In this document: one piece after another, positions 1 to 9,606 of the stretch
Numbering within the stretch: the stretch's first letter is position 1
Layout: the number at the start of each line of letters is the position of its first letter
NCBI GenBank assembly: GCA_013619155.1
Contig: JABXKT010000001.1
Span: 12,661-76,660, forward strand
Direction of reading: 5' to 3'
From: Desulfobacteraceae bacterium
GTDB lineage: Bacteria > Desulfobacterota > Desulfobacteria > Desulfobacterales > Desulfolunaceae
Length of the DNA: 64,000 nucleotides
Translations under genes and position numbers: made by a program
The notes under the pieces: model-generated
The model's database searches: none
The model's input: the letters and a program-made list of their open reading frames with translations, nothing else
Told to the model about the DNA's origin: nothing

Positions 1-891
1 CTGGCAGAGATCAAAGCCGATATCTCAGACCTTGACACAATTATCGAAAAACAACTGGAGACGGTTGGCTTTGATGATATGTCATCCCTTCTGGGTAATA
101 TTGTGCCAACCTACACCTACTGGCCGGTGAGAAAAGAGAGTACGAATCACGAGATGGGCTACACTGATGGTGGATCCCTGGATAATACCGGCATCCTCGG
201 TATGCTCGCCCAGACAGAGACAGGGGGTGATGATGCGCCGCCTATCCGGCTACTGGCCTTCGATAATACAAGCACCCCTTTAATCAATAAGAGGGGAACC
301 ATCATAGCCGCCGGTCAGGTAGCGCCCCTCTTTGGCATTGATTTTGATGAGAAAACAGGAAGCTATCACCCCTTCACCGACCACCAGAAAGATCCCGGTC
401 ATCAAGATTTTACATCCAAGAGCCTCATCACTGTCTTTGATAATCAGGCAGATAGCACGGGAAAGAGGCCCTTCGATAAGCTGGTTCAAGGTCTCTACAC
501 CTCGAGTTGCGGCGCCTCCTCCGGAGAGAAACCCGAGGCTAACCGGCAAAATAGAGAACCGGCCTTTCACCAAATGGCCTTAACCACCGTCGATAACAGC
601 CTGTCAGGGGTCATGGCCCATAGAAACGTAAAATTTTTCTACATTCAAAATGCAAAAATGCTCGCATGGCAGGACCGCATTGGCGATAAGACACTCAAAA
701 GTGAGATTGTTTGTGGTCAGGAGGCGTCGAAAGACCCCTTCACCCCGTTTAAAAATTTCCCTTACTACAGCACCGGTTTTAAAATTGGCCTCGAAAAAAA
801 AGAGGCCCATGCCCTTTCACAGATGTGGGCATGGGCCATCTCAGACGAACAAAGCCCCCTGGCCCATAGGCTGCGTCTTTTCATGAAATAA
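1..891 (+). CDS. Patatin/lysophospholipase-like protein, C-terminal part (5' truncated by window)
   Basis: Frame is open from base 1 (LAEIKADISD...). It contains DGGSLDN, resembling the catalytic-Asp DGG motif of patatin/cPLA2-type lipases. Confidence 0.5.
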   Translation: MAEIKADISDLDTIIEKQLETVGFDDMSSLLGNIVPTYTYWPVRKESTNHEMGYTDGGSLDNTGILGMLAQTETGGDDAPPIRLLAFDNTSTPLINKRGTIIAAGQVAPLFGIDFDEKTGSYHPFTDHQKDPGHQDFTSKSLITVFDNQADSTGKRPFDKLVQGLYTSSCGASSGEKPEANRQNREPAFHQMALTTVDNSLSGVMAHRNVKFFYIQNAKMLAWQDRIGDKTLKSEIVCGQEASKDPFTPFKNFPYYSTGFKIGLEKKEAHALSQMWAWAISDEQSPLAHRLRLFMK

Positions 892-933
892 AAAGAGGCC
901 TTCAGCCCCACTGATCTAAATCAAGGCGGCCGA

Positions 934-1444
934 TTAGGGCTCAGGCAAAAAATAAATGCGCACGTTTAAGAAAAATGCCGCTGTAATTTGACCCGAGGAG
1001 CGTGGTGATGCGCATCCGTTGGACTGCTTTTGAGGTGTTTTTGCCTCACGTGGCTTCGCCACCCTCGCTGCCGCGAGAGTTTAGCCTCCGGCGGCCCTAC
1101 CGGGAGCCAACCTTTGTAAAAAGGGTGCCAAACAGGCTTTTATAGTGACTGTGACAGACCAAAGGACCGCCACAGTCAAAAACCTGGGGTCCAGGGGATT
1201 TATCTCCTGGCCGGGCGTGTCGATTTAATCGGAAAGACGTCTATTTTAGCCGTTTGCACTCCAAAAATTAGAGATACGGCGGGTTCTACCCACCCGAATT
1301 ACTTAGGGCTCTGACAAAAAATAAGCCTCCGAATCTCATAAGAATAGTGCTGCGCTTTCGAGGTGTTTTTGCCTCACGTGGCTTCGCCACCCTCGCCGCC
1401 GGAGGCATCGCTTTTTGTATCTTTTATTTTTGCTAAGGCCCTTA
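934..1444. repeat. Composite intergenic repeat (REP-like hairpins plus MITE-like ends)
   Basis: TTA|GGGCTCAGGCAAAAAATAAA ... TTTTATTTTTGCTAAGGCCC|TTA, with an inner TTA|GGGCTCTGACAAAAAATAAG at 1303 and GCCTCCGGCGGC cores. Segments recur at 6061, 27741 and 61728. Confidence 0.85.
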
Positions 1445-1807
1445 TTGAACGGCGATACTCACGACCTCGATGAGGACTCCATACATGTGAACGCTTGCCA
1501 TCCCCTCGTGCAGGCGCGCCCCGATCCTCACCTTAAGCCCCTCTCGTCTGAATGCCTCTGGAAGGTTCACGGGATCATAGGCTCTGCCGTCATCACCCCG
1601 AATGGCATAAAAGCCCCCTTCCATGGGTTCATATATCACCGTGCCGAGGATTTCAAAGAGATCCCCGGCACGCACATCTCGCCCATCGGACAGAGACTCA
1701 GCCCCGGAGACCCGAGGATCGGAGGCACTCTCCGGTATCGTGCCGATACACCCGCCGACAGTCATAGCACAGATAAAAATCACCCATAAAAAATAAATAG
1801 ACGGCAT
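1442..1807 (-). CDS. Small putative lipoprotein
   Basis: ATG at 1807 after a GGAGG RBS; hydrophobic signal ending VGG-C (lipobox-like). Confidence 0.65.
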   Translation of the reverse strand: MPSIYFLWVIFICAMTVGGCIGTIPESASDPRVSGAESLSDGRDVRAGDLFEILGTVIYEPMEGGFYAIRGDDGRAYDPVNLPEAFRREGLKVRIGARLHEGMASVHMYGVLIEVVSIAVQ

Positions 1808-1904
1808 AGATATCCCTCCACCTGTGGTGAATAAATAAGGGGCCCATCGTTTCAAACGAGGCCCCCTGGGGCGATGACTCATAAGCTGGGAAGAGGCACC
1901 CCGC

Positions 1905-2435
1905 CTAGCCCACCACCTCCATCCCCACGTCCAGATACTTGGCCGCCAGGTCCACGTAAATCTTCTTTCCCCAACTCCAGAACTCCTGGTCCTTTGGGGA
2001 GATATCCCGAACGAAGGCGGCGGGATTACCCGCCACCACCACCCGGTCCGGGATCACCTGCCTGAGCTTGACGATGGCCCCTTCGGCGACGATGGTCCAC
2101 TGGCCTATCTCAGACCAGATACTGGTCACCGACCCCATACCGATCACCGAAAAATCGCCGATACAATTTCCGTGGACCACGGCCCCATGGCCAATGGTAA
2201 CATGGTTGCCGATCTTATTGAGCCCTTCCGGGGGCGCGTGGACGATGACGCCCTCTTCCACGGCGGTACCGTCACCGATCTCAATGCGGCCGTAATCTCC
2301 CCTTAAAATGGCCCCATGACCGATATAGCAGTGGTCTCCGATCATTACATCCCCGATAACACGGGCGCTCTCACTCACATAGGACCCCGTGCCCACCCGG
2401 GGCTCTTTTCCGTCAAACCTTAAGAGCATCCTCAT
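1905..2435 (-). CDS. Gamma carbonic anhydrase family (hexapeptide repeat) protein
   Basis: VIGDVxIG, ILRGDYGRIEIG, VH...HVTIGHGAVVHG Zn-ligand pattern. Confidence 0.9.
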   Translation of the reverse strand: MRMLLRFDGKEPRVGTGSYVSESARVIGDVMIGDHCYIGHGAILRGDYGRIEIGDGTAVEEGVIVHAPPEGLNKIGNHVTIGHGAVVHGNCIGDFSVIGMGSVTSIWSEIGQWTIVAEGAIVKLRQVIPDRVVVAGNPAAFVRDISPKDQEFWSWGKKIYVDLAAKYLDVGMEVVG

Positions 2436-2741
2436 CTCCTCATTTAAACATAGATATCATCCCTTATATTCTCCATGAATATTACTAAGAATAGGCATAC
2501 GCCACAAGGCGTTAGGATTCAACAAAATAATAATGCCTCTTTAAAAGCACACCAAGGAGATAAGGAAGGAAAAAATTCCAGACGTCCCATGCCTGGGTTA
2601 AAACGGGTCAAGCGATTATGGAGACGCTATTCGCTCTGACCACCCCCGGTACTCATATAGATAAAAGATGGCATTAATGAGGACGATACACCCATGAAAG
2701 GCAAAGGGGGAGGCATCGGTGATGTGCCAGAGACACCTTAC

Positions 2742-2777
2742 AAAAAAAGCCGCGTAAAAATACAACGCGGCCTTTTT
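2742..2777. terminator. Bidirectional intrinsic terminator-like hairpin
   Basis: AAAAAAAGCCGCGT-AAAAATACA-ACGCGGCCTTTTT; almost the same hairpin is at 60542-60573. Confidence 0.55.
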
Positions 2778-2849
2778 ATACATTTTCAAACGTGATTACC
2801 ATCCTTTTACAGCCACATGTGCGGTAAGCGAGTTCACTTTAAAACAAAA

Positions 2850-3086
2850 TATAGGCCCTCTATGGTTAAAGTGACCAGAAAAAGGGCCTCCGGCGGCACG
2901 GTGTGCCACCTTGAAAGCGGGTAGCGTATGCGTTTTACCCCTCGTGCCTCGGGGCAAATCACATACACCTTTGATTTGGTTTTACACGTGAATCAATTCA
3001 TATGACCTGTTTGGCAACCTTTTGCAAAAAGTTGGCCCCCGGCAGGGCCGCCGGAGGATTTTTCTCTTACAAGCTGGAATAGTTAC
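2850..3086. repeat. Composite intergenic repeat
   Basis: CTCTATGGTTAAAGTG module, GCCTCCGGCGGC..GGTGTGCCACCTTGAAAGC module, TGTTTGGCAACCTTTTGCAAAAAGTTGG module and a GAATAGTTAC end. Confidence 0.85.
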
Positions 3087-3108
3087 AAAAAAAGGCCCCC
3101 TTTTGCGT

Positions 3109-5466
3109 TTACGAGACAGCCGTCCCCAATGTATCCATCAGACAGGCTTCAATCTCCTGGGCGTCCTCCATCTTAAGAACCTCGGCCAAGACCCTCTTCG
3201 CCTCTAAGGCGCTTACAGAGCGGATAAACTCTTTGACATCGGGAATGGCCGAGGGAACCATACTGATATGGTCGGCGCCCATGCCCAGAAAAAGAAAGAT
3301 GCTCTCGTTAACGGCGGCGGCCTCACCACAGATGCAGAGTTTTTTTCCAAACTGCCGGCACACCGAGACGATCTGATGAACCGTTGATATCACGGCAGGG
3401 TGAAGCGCGTTAAAATGAACGGCCACCTTCTTGTTGTTGCGATCCACGGCAAGGAGGTACTGCATCAAATCGTTGGTGCCCACGTTGACAAAGTCCACAT
3501 ACCGGAGCAAGCGATCTAAAATCGGCACCGCTGCCGGTACCTCCACCATAATCCCCAACTCAATTTTTCGGTCGTAGGCCACTCCGGCTCCATCCAAGGC
3601 GGACTTCTCATCATTGACCAAGGCCACGACCCGCCGGATCTCATCGACACTGGAGATCATGGGAAAAAGGATTCGGGTCTTACCAAAGGCCGAGGCTCTT
3701 AAAATGGCGCGAATCTGAACCCTGAATACATCCTCTAAGTCCAAGCTCAAGCGAATGGAGCGCCAGCCTAAAAAGGGGTTATCCTCTTTTGGGTACTCCA
3801 GATACGACAAAAATTTATCGCCCCCTACGTCAAAGGTACGAATGGTCACAGGACGACCCTTGGCCTTTTCCAGCACACGGGTGTAGAGGGCCACCTGCTC
3901 CTCTTCGGAAGGAAATGACTTTCGAAGCAGAAAGGGAAATTCCGTACGGTACAAACCAATATGATCGGCACCATACTGCCGGGCCAGCATCATATCCGAG
4001 AGCAGGCCGATGTTTGCGCCCAGCTTCATCTCGACGCCGTCTGTGGTCACGGCCAGAAGTTCACGCTCCCCCTCTTGCCTTTTCCGAACCTTCAGGCTCT
4101 CCTCTTGCCGCCGCGCATACTCCTCGCATATATCAGGCGAGGGGTTGGGATAGACGAGACCTGAGATACCATCGACAATGAGATAATCGTTGGCCCGCAC
4201 ATGATCGAGAACCCCTTCCACCCCGATGACAATGGGAATTTCAAGGGATCGTGCCATGATCACCGTATGAGAGGTACGCCCCCCCTTGGCCAAAACGATA
4301 CCTTTAAGGTGTGGCTGCCGAATGGCCAAAAGATCCACCGGCGAAATATCCGAGGCGACGATAATGGTATCCTGCGTAAATGCCTGCCCCGAATCGCTCC
4401 CCAACCCCACGAGATTTGCCAGGACGCGACGACCGATATCCAAAATATCCAAGGAGCGCTCACTCAAATAGGAGTCGTCCATAGCCGTCAACATCTCGGC
4501 GTAGTCGAGGATCACCCGCTTCAAGGCATATTCAGCGCTCACCCTCTCTTTAATTCGGGACACTATTTTCTTTCGCAACGAGGGGTCGCCAAGGTACATG
4601 AGGTGAGCCTCAATAATGGCCCTCTCCTGATCCGAGATGTCTCGCGCCTCCACGGCGACCGCCTCGACCTGGGCCGAGGCGGTATCGAAGGCCTCGTCAA
4701 GACGAGTGACCTCTGCCCCCACATCGGTGATCCCCATGCGATGAATCTGATGAAAATCAATGGTTTTAAACGTGTAGTCGGCATACCCGGTGGCCACACG
4801 ATCGGAGACTGGATCCCCGCGAAGGTGGTTCTGCCCACCCCCCACTTCCAGAGTGTCACACGTACCCTCGATGACCCTTAAGGCCTCGTCGTGGGCCACG
4901 CCCTGGCGCTCTCCCTGAAGAACCGTAAAGGCAACGGTGGCGGCAATCTGACTGGCAATGCTCTTGAAGAGGGGAATATCTGCCTCACCGATGCCCTCCT
5001 CGGCCAGAGTTTGAACCACAATCGCGCCCAGCACCTTCTTGTGATAGATCAGCGGTACGCCAAGATAGGTCGTATACACCTCCTCGCCGCTGCCATCATA
5101 ATATTTGTACCGAACATGGAGGGAGGGGTTCACGATAAACACCGGGGCCATGGTCTCGATCACCATCCCGGTGAGTCCCTCGTGCACATCCATGGCAATG
5201 ACACCCACCGAGGCCTTATTCAAACCCACCGTAGCCTTCAGTTGCAGACTGTTCTCATGCGGATTGTAGACATAGACCGAGCAGACATCGGTGGAGAATC
5301 GCCGGGCAATCATCTGTACGATACGATCCAGAGACTGATCCGGGTTCTCAGAGTCGGTGATGATCTCAAGAATCGCTTCTAAAATATAGGTATGGTCACG
5401 TGTCATACGTTCAAGTTCCCAAGGGGCCCTAGGGGGTGCCGACGAGATGCTATCCTCATTTTTCAT
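3109..5466 (-). CDS. ptsP: GAF-domain phosphoenolpyruvate-protein phosphotransferase (Enzyme I-Ntr-like)
   Basis: N-terminal GAF (DVCSVY..LKATVGL), phospho-His motif TSHTVIMARS, GLYRTEF, EDNPFLGWRSIR, GTNDL and ICGE. The start may be 5406. Confidence 0.92.
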   Translation of the reverse strand: MKNEDSISSAPPRAPWELERMTRDHTYILEAILEIITDSENPDQSLDRIVQMIARRFSTDVCSVYVYNPHENSLQLKATVGLNKASVGVIAMDVHEGLTGMVIETMAPVFIVNPSLHVRYKYYDGSGEEVYTTYLGVPLIYHKKVLGAIVVQTLAEEGIGEADIPLFKSIASQIAATVAFTVLQGERQGVAHDEALRVIEGTCDTLEVGGGQNHLRGDPVSDRVATGYADYTFKTIDFHQIHRMGITDVGAEVTRLDEAFDTASAQVEAVAVEARDISDQERAIIEAHLMYLGDPSLRKKIVSRIKERVSAEYALKRVILDYAEMLTAMDDSYLSERSLDILDIGRRVLANLVGLGSDSGQAFTQDTIIVASDISPVDLLAIRQPHLKGIVLAKGGRTSHTVIMARSLEIPIVIGVEGVLDHVRANDYLIVDGISGLVYPNPSPDICEEYARRQEESLKVRKRQEGERELLAVTTDGVEMKLGANIGLLSDMMLARQYGADHIGLYRTEFPFLLRKSFPSEEEQVALYTRVLEKAKGRPVTIRTFDVGGDKFLSYLEYPKEDNPFLGWRSIRLSLDLEDVFRVQIRAILRASAFGKTRILFPMISSVDEIRRVVALVNDEKSALDGAGVAYDRKIELGIMVEVPAAVPILDRLLRYVDFVNVGTNDLMQYLLAVDRNNKKVAVHFNALHPAVISTVHQIVSVCRQFGKKLCICGEAAAVNESIFLFLGMGADHISMVPSAIPDVKEFIRSVSALEAKRVLAEVLKMEDAQEIEACLMDTLGTAVS

Positions 5467-5836
5467 CGGCCAGATGAGTATTCACATGGGTGACGATAAG
5501 GGAACCAAGGCCCTCCACGGCCCCCAGATGGGGAAGCACAGCCACACGAAGGTCCGGGTGGACCCTGGCCTCCTCGGCCACAATCTGAGGGATATCTGTG
5601 GTCACATGGGTGCCTGCGGCGAGAAAGAGCGGGAAAACAAGCAGATCCGTCACCCCTTCTGCCACAAGATCAGCCATGGCCGGTGCGATCAAGGGCGTCG
5701 TCAACTCCAGGAAGGCACACCCCACCTTTTCAAAAGCCACCTCGGCACTCCGGGCCACCTCTTCGGCCAGTCGCCGTACCTCATCATTGGATCCCCCGCG
5801 CCGGCTTCCATGGGCCACAATCAAAAGTCCTCTCAT
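5456..5836 (-). CDS. CbiX/SirB-type (small) sirohydrochlorin chelatase
   Basis: LLIVAHGSR, AFLEL..P, PLFLAAGTHV..DIP, PHLG; ATG at 5836 after GGAGG. Confidence 0.88.
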   Translation of the reverse strand: MRGLLIVAHGSRRGGSNDEVRRLAEEVARSAEVAFEKVGCAFLELTTPLIAPAMADLVAEGVTDLLVFPLFLAAGTHVTTDIPQIVAEEARVHPDLRVAVLPHLGAVEGLGSLIVTHVNTHLADEK

Positions 5837-6060
5837 ACTAAAAACCTCCTTATCCTTATAAATAAACCCGTTTCTCCAAGGCATTTCCCCTTAAAAAAGG
5901 GATTAAAAATAGACCCACAAGCATAGATTATCGCCACCTAGTTTCGCAACCATGAACGCCCATCCACTGTGATTCCCCCTTATGCTCAGCCATCACTGTG
6001 GTCATCAAGACAGGCTGCGTTTATGCCTCTTCTCATGATACCTATTTCAGTTTGTAATAA

Positions 6061-6570
6061 GAAAAAGCCTCCGGCGGCCGGGCGTGTCGATTTAATCGGA
6101 AAAACGTCTATTTTAGCCGTTTACACTCTAAATATATGGCCGTCACTGTTTACAAAAATTAGAGATACGGCGGGTCCTACCCACCCGAATTACATAAGGA
6201 TTTGACAAAAAATAAGCATCCGAATTTCATAAGAATAGCGCTGTGATTTGTCCCGAGAAACGAGAAACAAAGCGCAGCGGTTACCCGCTTTCGAGGTGTT
6301 TTTGCCTAAGTGGCTTCGCCACCCTCGCCGCCGGAGGCATCCGGGTTAAAGATGCCTCCGGCAGCCTTGCCGGGAGCCCACCTTTTGCCTGATTTGAAAG
6401 ATCGGGCTTGCCAAACAGACATCATCAGATCATTTCAATTTAATCAAAAAATCAAAGGAGTATGCGATTTACCCCGAGGCACGAGGGGTGACGCGCATAT
6501 GCTGGCCTGCTTTCAAGGTGACACACCTTGCCGCCGAAGGCTCAATTTTTAAGCCCACTTTCACCAGAGA
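6061..6570. repeat. Composite intergenic repeat
   Basis: GCCTCCGGCGGCC|GGGCGTGTCGATTTAATCGG..., near-identical to 1209-1410 and to the reverse complement of 27870-28140, followed by further modules. Confidence 0.88.
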
Positions 6571-6955
6571 AAGCATCCTGCCTCAATGACGCGATGCGTT
6601 GCTTTCGCTGCTTTTGAATAAAAGGGCTCGCTTACCACAAACGTGGCTGTAAAAGGGTGGTAATCAGGTTTAAAAAGCCCCCCAGCATCTTACACCCTAA
6701 AAAGGGACCAATCAGGAGCCCTGACCTTCCACAGAGACAAGGGGTCCAATAGCTCCCACTGGGAAGAATCAGATGAGAGGAGAGCGCTTATGGACCGCAC
6801 CGCCCCCATCCTTTTTCGAACCGGGCAGTTAGCGGGGTGGGCACTAAAAACCAACCCGTAAGAATACGTTCCCCGACAACTCACACCTGTAAAATATAGA
6901 CCCCGCCCATTGTATTCACGCCATGGCCCTGTTATTCACCTCACTTTCACATAAT

Positions 6956-7026
6956 CACCTCATATAATCCTGATGACATGGGTCAGGAGTCTCTACCGGA
7001 AGGCCGTCCATCCGACTATGGGAGTG
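6956..7026 (+). ncRNA. Purine (guanine-type) riboswitch aptamer
   Basis: CACCUCAUA-UAAU-CCUGAU-GACAUGG-GUCAGG-AGUCUCUA-CCGGAAGG-CCGU-CCAUCCGA-C-UAUGGGAGUG aligns to the xpt aptamer, with C at the specificity position. It lies upstream of a purine permease and a PRTase. Confidence 0.88.
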
Positions 7027-7151
7027 CGTAGATACCACCAAAGAGAGCATCCCATCCATGGGACGCCCCCGAATAGGGACTTCTGCGTCCTCAAGAGAGA
7101 CCCCTTTTACCTAAGTCCCAGAAGAGCTACAGCCCCATAAGGAGTGTCTCA

Positions 7152-8207
7152 ATGGAGTATTTAAAAGATATACTGGCCGCTTTAAGTGTGATCCTCAACG
7201 GATTGCCCCAGGGCCTTCTGGCCCTTTCCTTTGGATTTGCCTCCGTCCCCACCGCCCTTGCCTTCATCGTCGGATCTGCCGGCTGCCTTCTCTTCAGCTG
7301 CGTGGCCCCCATCTCCTTCCAGGCTGAGACCATCACCCTGGCAGGCACCATGGGTAAAAACATGCAGGAGCGTCTCTCCATGATCTTCTTTGGCGCCGCA
7401 GCCATGGCGACCATTGGTGTATTCGGATTTCTCGAGAAAATTGTCACCTTTGTGGGCCCGGCCATTACCAACGGCATGATGGCCGGCGTAGGGATCATGC
7501 TGGCCAAGGTGGCCTTCGAGATGACATCAAAAAACAGGGCCGTGGGGATGAGTTCCATCGCCTCAGGCTTTCTCACCTATATGATCACAAAAGACCTCGT
7601 CTACACCATCACCCTCTCCGTGGGGCTCTCAAGCGTCGTAGCCCTTATGCTTCAGCAAAAATCCACCGTAAATGCCGTAGAGAAAGAGGGCTTCAAGCTC
7701 CAAAAGATGATTTTCAATATTTCGGTGGCACGGGGAGCCCTGGCCATGGTGTGTCTCAATATCGGTGCCAACATCGCCTTTGGTAAAATCACCGGCACCA
7801 TCGCCCAGGCCGATGTCAATGTAGATCACCTGGCGATTTACAGCAGCCTGGCAGACATGGCCTCCTCCCTTTTTGGCGGAGGTCCCGTGGAATCCATCAT
7901 CTCCGCCACGGGGAGCGCCCCCCATCCCGTATTCTCCGGCGTCCTCATGATGACCCTCATGGCCATCATCCTCCTGGCCGGCCTCCTCCCAAAAATCGGC
8001 AAGTACGTTCCCAGCGAATCCATTGCCGGCTTTCTCTTCGTTCTGGGAGCCCTTGTCACCGTCCCCATCAACGCCGCGGCAGCCCTCGGCGGAGGCGACT
8101 CCCTGGTGGGCGGCGTCACCATGGCAGTGACCGCTATCTCCGACCCCTTCTTAGGGATGATGGCAGGCCTCATCGTGAAATGCATCTCCCCTTTGGTAGG
8201 CATGTAA
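7152..8207 (+). CDS. NCS2-family nucleobase (guanine/hypoxanthine/xanthine) permease
   Basis: Multi-pass hydrophobic protein with PISFQAETIT and SLFGGGPVESIISAT; AAGGAG RBS; downstream of the purine riboswitch. Confidence 0.82.
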   Translation: MEYLKDILAALSVILNGLPQGLLALSFGFASVPTALAFIVGSAGCLLFSCVAPISFQAETITLAGTMGKNMQERLSMIFFGAAAMATIGVFGFLEKIVTFVGPAITNGMMAGVGIMLAKVAFEMTSKNRAVGMSSIASGFLTYMITKDLVYTITLSVGLSSVVALMLQQKSTVNAVEKEGFKLQKMIFNISVARGALAMVCLNIGANIAFGKITGTIAQADVNVDHLAIYSSLADMASSLFGGGPVESIISATGSAPHPVFSGVLMMTLMAIILLAGLLPKIGKYVPSESIAGFLFVLGALVTVPINAAAALGGGDSLVGGVTMAVTAISDPFLGMMAGLIVKCISPLVGM

Positions 8208-8293
8208 AAGAGCCAGGGATGCCATGGCCAATCCATTTTAAAAAAACCGAAGTAACTATTCAGCTCAAAAAAAAGCCTGTCCAAGGAGACATC

Positions 8294-8842
8294 ATGAAAA
8301 AAACATACCCACTAAAGGTGGCCGGTGTCAGCCGCGAGCTGCCCATCATCCCGATCAGTGAGACACTCAGCATCGCAAGCTTTGTCATTTTAGGGGATAC
8401 CGAACTGATCTGTGCCGCCGCCCCAAAAATCATCGAAAAGCTACCCGAAATCGACGTCATCGTCACCGCCGAAGCCAAGGGCATTCCTCTGGCATTCGAA
8501 ATATCGCGACTCATGAAGATGCCGAAATTTTTTGTGGCCCGAAAAAGCGTCAAGGCCTATATGAACGACCCCGTCATCGATGCCGTCCAGTCCATCACCA
8601 CCACAGACAAACAGCTTCTCTGTCTCGATGCCGATGATGCGGCATCGATTCGGGGAAAACGTGTGGCCATCATCGACGATGTGATCAGTACAGGGGAGTC
8701 CATCGAGGCCATTGAGCGTCTCGTGAAAGCCGTCGGGGGTATTGTCACCGTCAAGGCGGCAATCCTCGCCGAAGGCGATGCCGCCCTGCGAGAGGACATC
8801 CTATTTTTAGAAGCGTTGCCGCTATTTCCCACGGAAAAATAA
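8294..8842 (+). CDS. Purine phosphoribosyltransferase (Apt/Xpt-like)
   Basis: TAEAKGIPLA, VARK and the PRPP loop VAIIDDVISTGES; ATG at 8294 after AAGGAG. Confidence 0.9.
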   Translation: MKKTYPLKVAGVSRELPIIPISETLSIASFVILGDTELICAAAPKIIEKLPEIDVIVTAEAKGIPLAFEISRLMKMPKFFVARKSVKAYMNDPVIDAVQSITTTDKQLLCLDADDAASIRGKRVAIIDDVISTGESIEAIERLVKAVGGIVTVKAAILAEGDAALREDILFLEALPLFPTEK

Positions 8843-8972
8843 AAAAAGCCTCCGGCACACGTGCCGGGGGCCCCATCGATTCCCCACCCCTCCCAAAAAA
8901 AGCGAGTGTGGCAGGCCACATTTATAAGAGGCCTCGCCCCTGAATAGAGCGTAGCCCCTTTATTACCCCATG

Positions 8973-9467
8973 CTATCCCACCTGATTCATACGGTAAAAT
9001 AGACTCTTCAGCTCCTCTTTTCTGGGCCGATAAACGATCATGGCCCCGGCAGATAGCCCCAGAAGCTGATAAAAAAAGAGGGTATCCCCGGCCACAAGAA
9101 AGAGGATGAGGCCGTAAATACCGATGGTCTCCAAAAGGGCCGAGGTGATGATCACAACGAGGGTATAACGGGCCACCGCCGGATGCTGTCCGGGTATGAC
9201 AGGGCGGATCGATCGTGCAAACCCCGGATATTTCAAAAGAAATCCCTTAAAAAAATGGACCCCACCTAAGGTCACCACAGAGAGACCCAAGAGCACATAC
9301 TTCAAGGTCGCAAGGAGAAATCCATCGTCGACCCCAGAAGGAAAGGTATCTTTCAAGAAGAGACACACACCGAGATAAACACCTAAAGAACAAAAAATAG
9401 CGACCCAGGTGATGAGAATCAACTGAAAGCCGGAATCAAGCTTTTTTATTTCATGTGAATCCGTCAT
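8973..9467 (-). CDS. Hypothetical 4-TM membrane protein
   Basis: Four hydrophobic segments with ETIGIYGL and a terminal RP; start set at ATG 9467 (AGGTG upstream). Confidence 0.65.
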   Translation of the reverse strand: MTDSHEIKKLDSGFQLILITWVAIFCSLGVYLGVCLFLKDTFPSGVDDGFLLATLKYVLLGLSVVTLGGVHFFKGFLLKYPGFARSIRPVIPGQHPAVARYTLVVIITSALLETIGIYGLILFLVAGDTLFFYQLLGLSAGAMIVYRPRKEELKSLFYRMNQVG

Positions 9468-9606
9468 AGTCACCTGCCTGTCCATACGCCATAATAGCGA
9501 TAATAGAGACTGTGGATAAAAAAGGGGGCAAAAAAATTTAAAGGGGGGCCACCCTTCATCTGGCAACATAACATATCAAATTGGTATTATCATCCACGAT
9601 TCGTTC

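Noticed and set aside
6690-6860. CCACTGGGAAG suggesting a cobalamin riboswitch
   Set aside because: Other conserved B12-element blocks were not found, and the downstream genes are explained by the purine switch.
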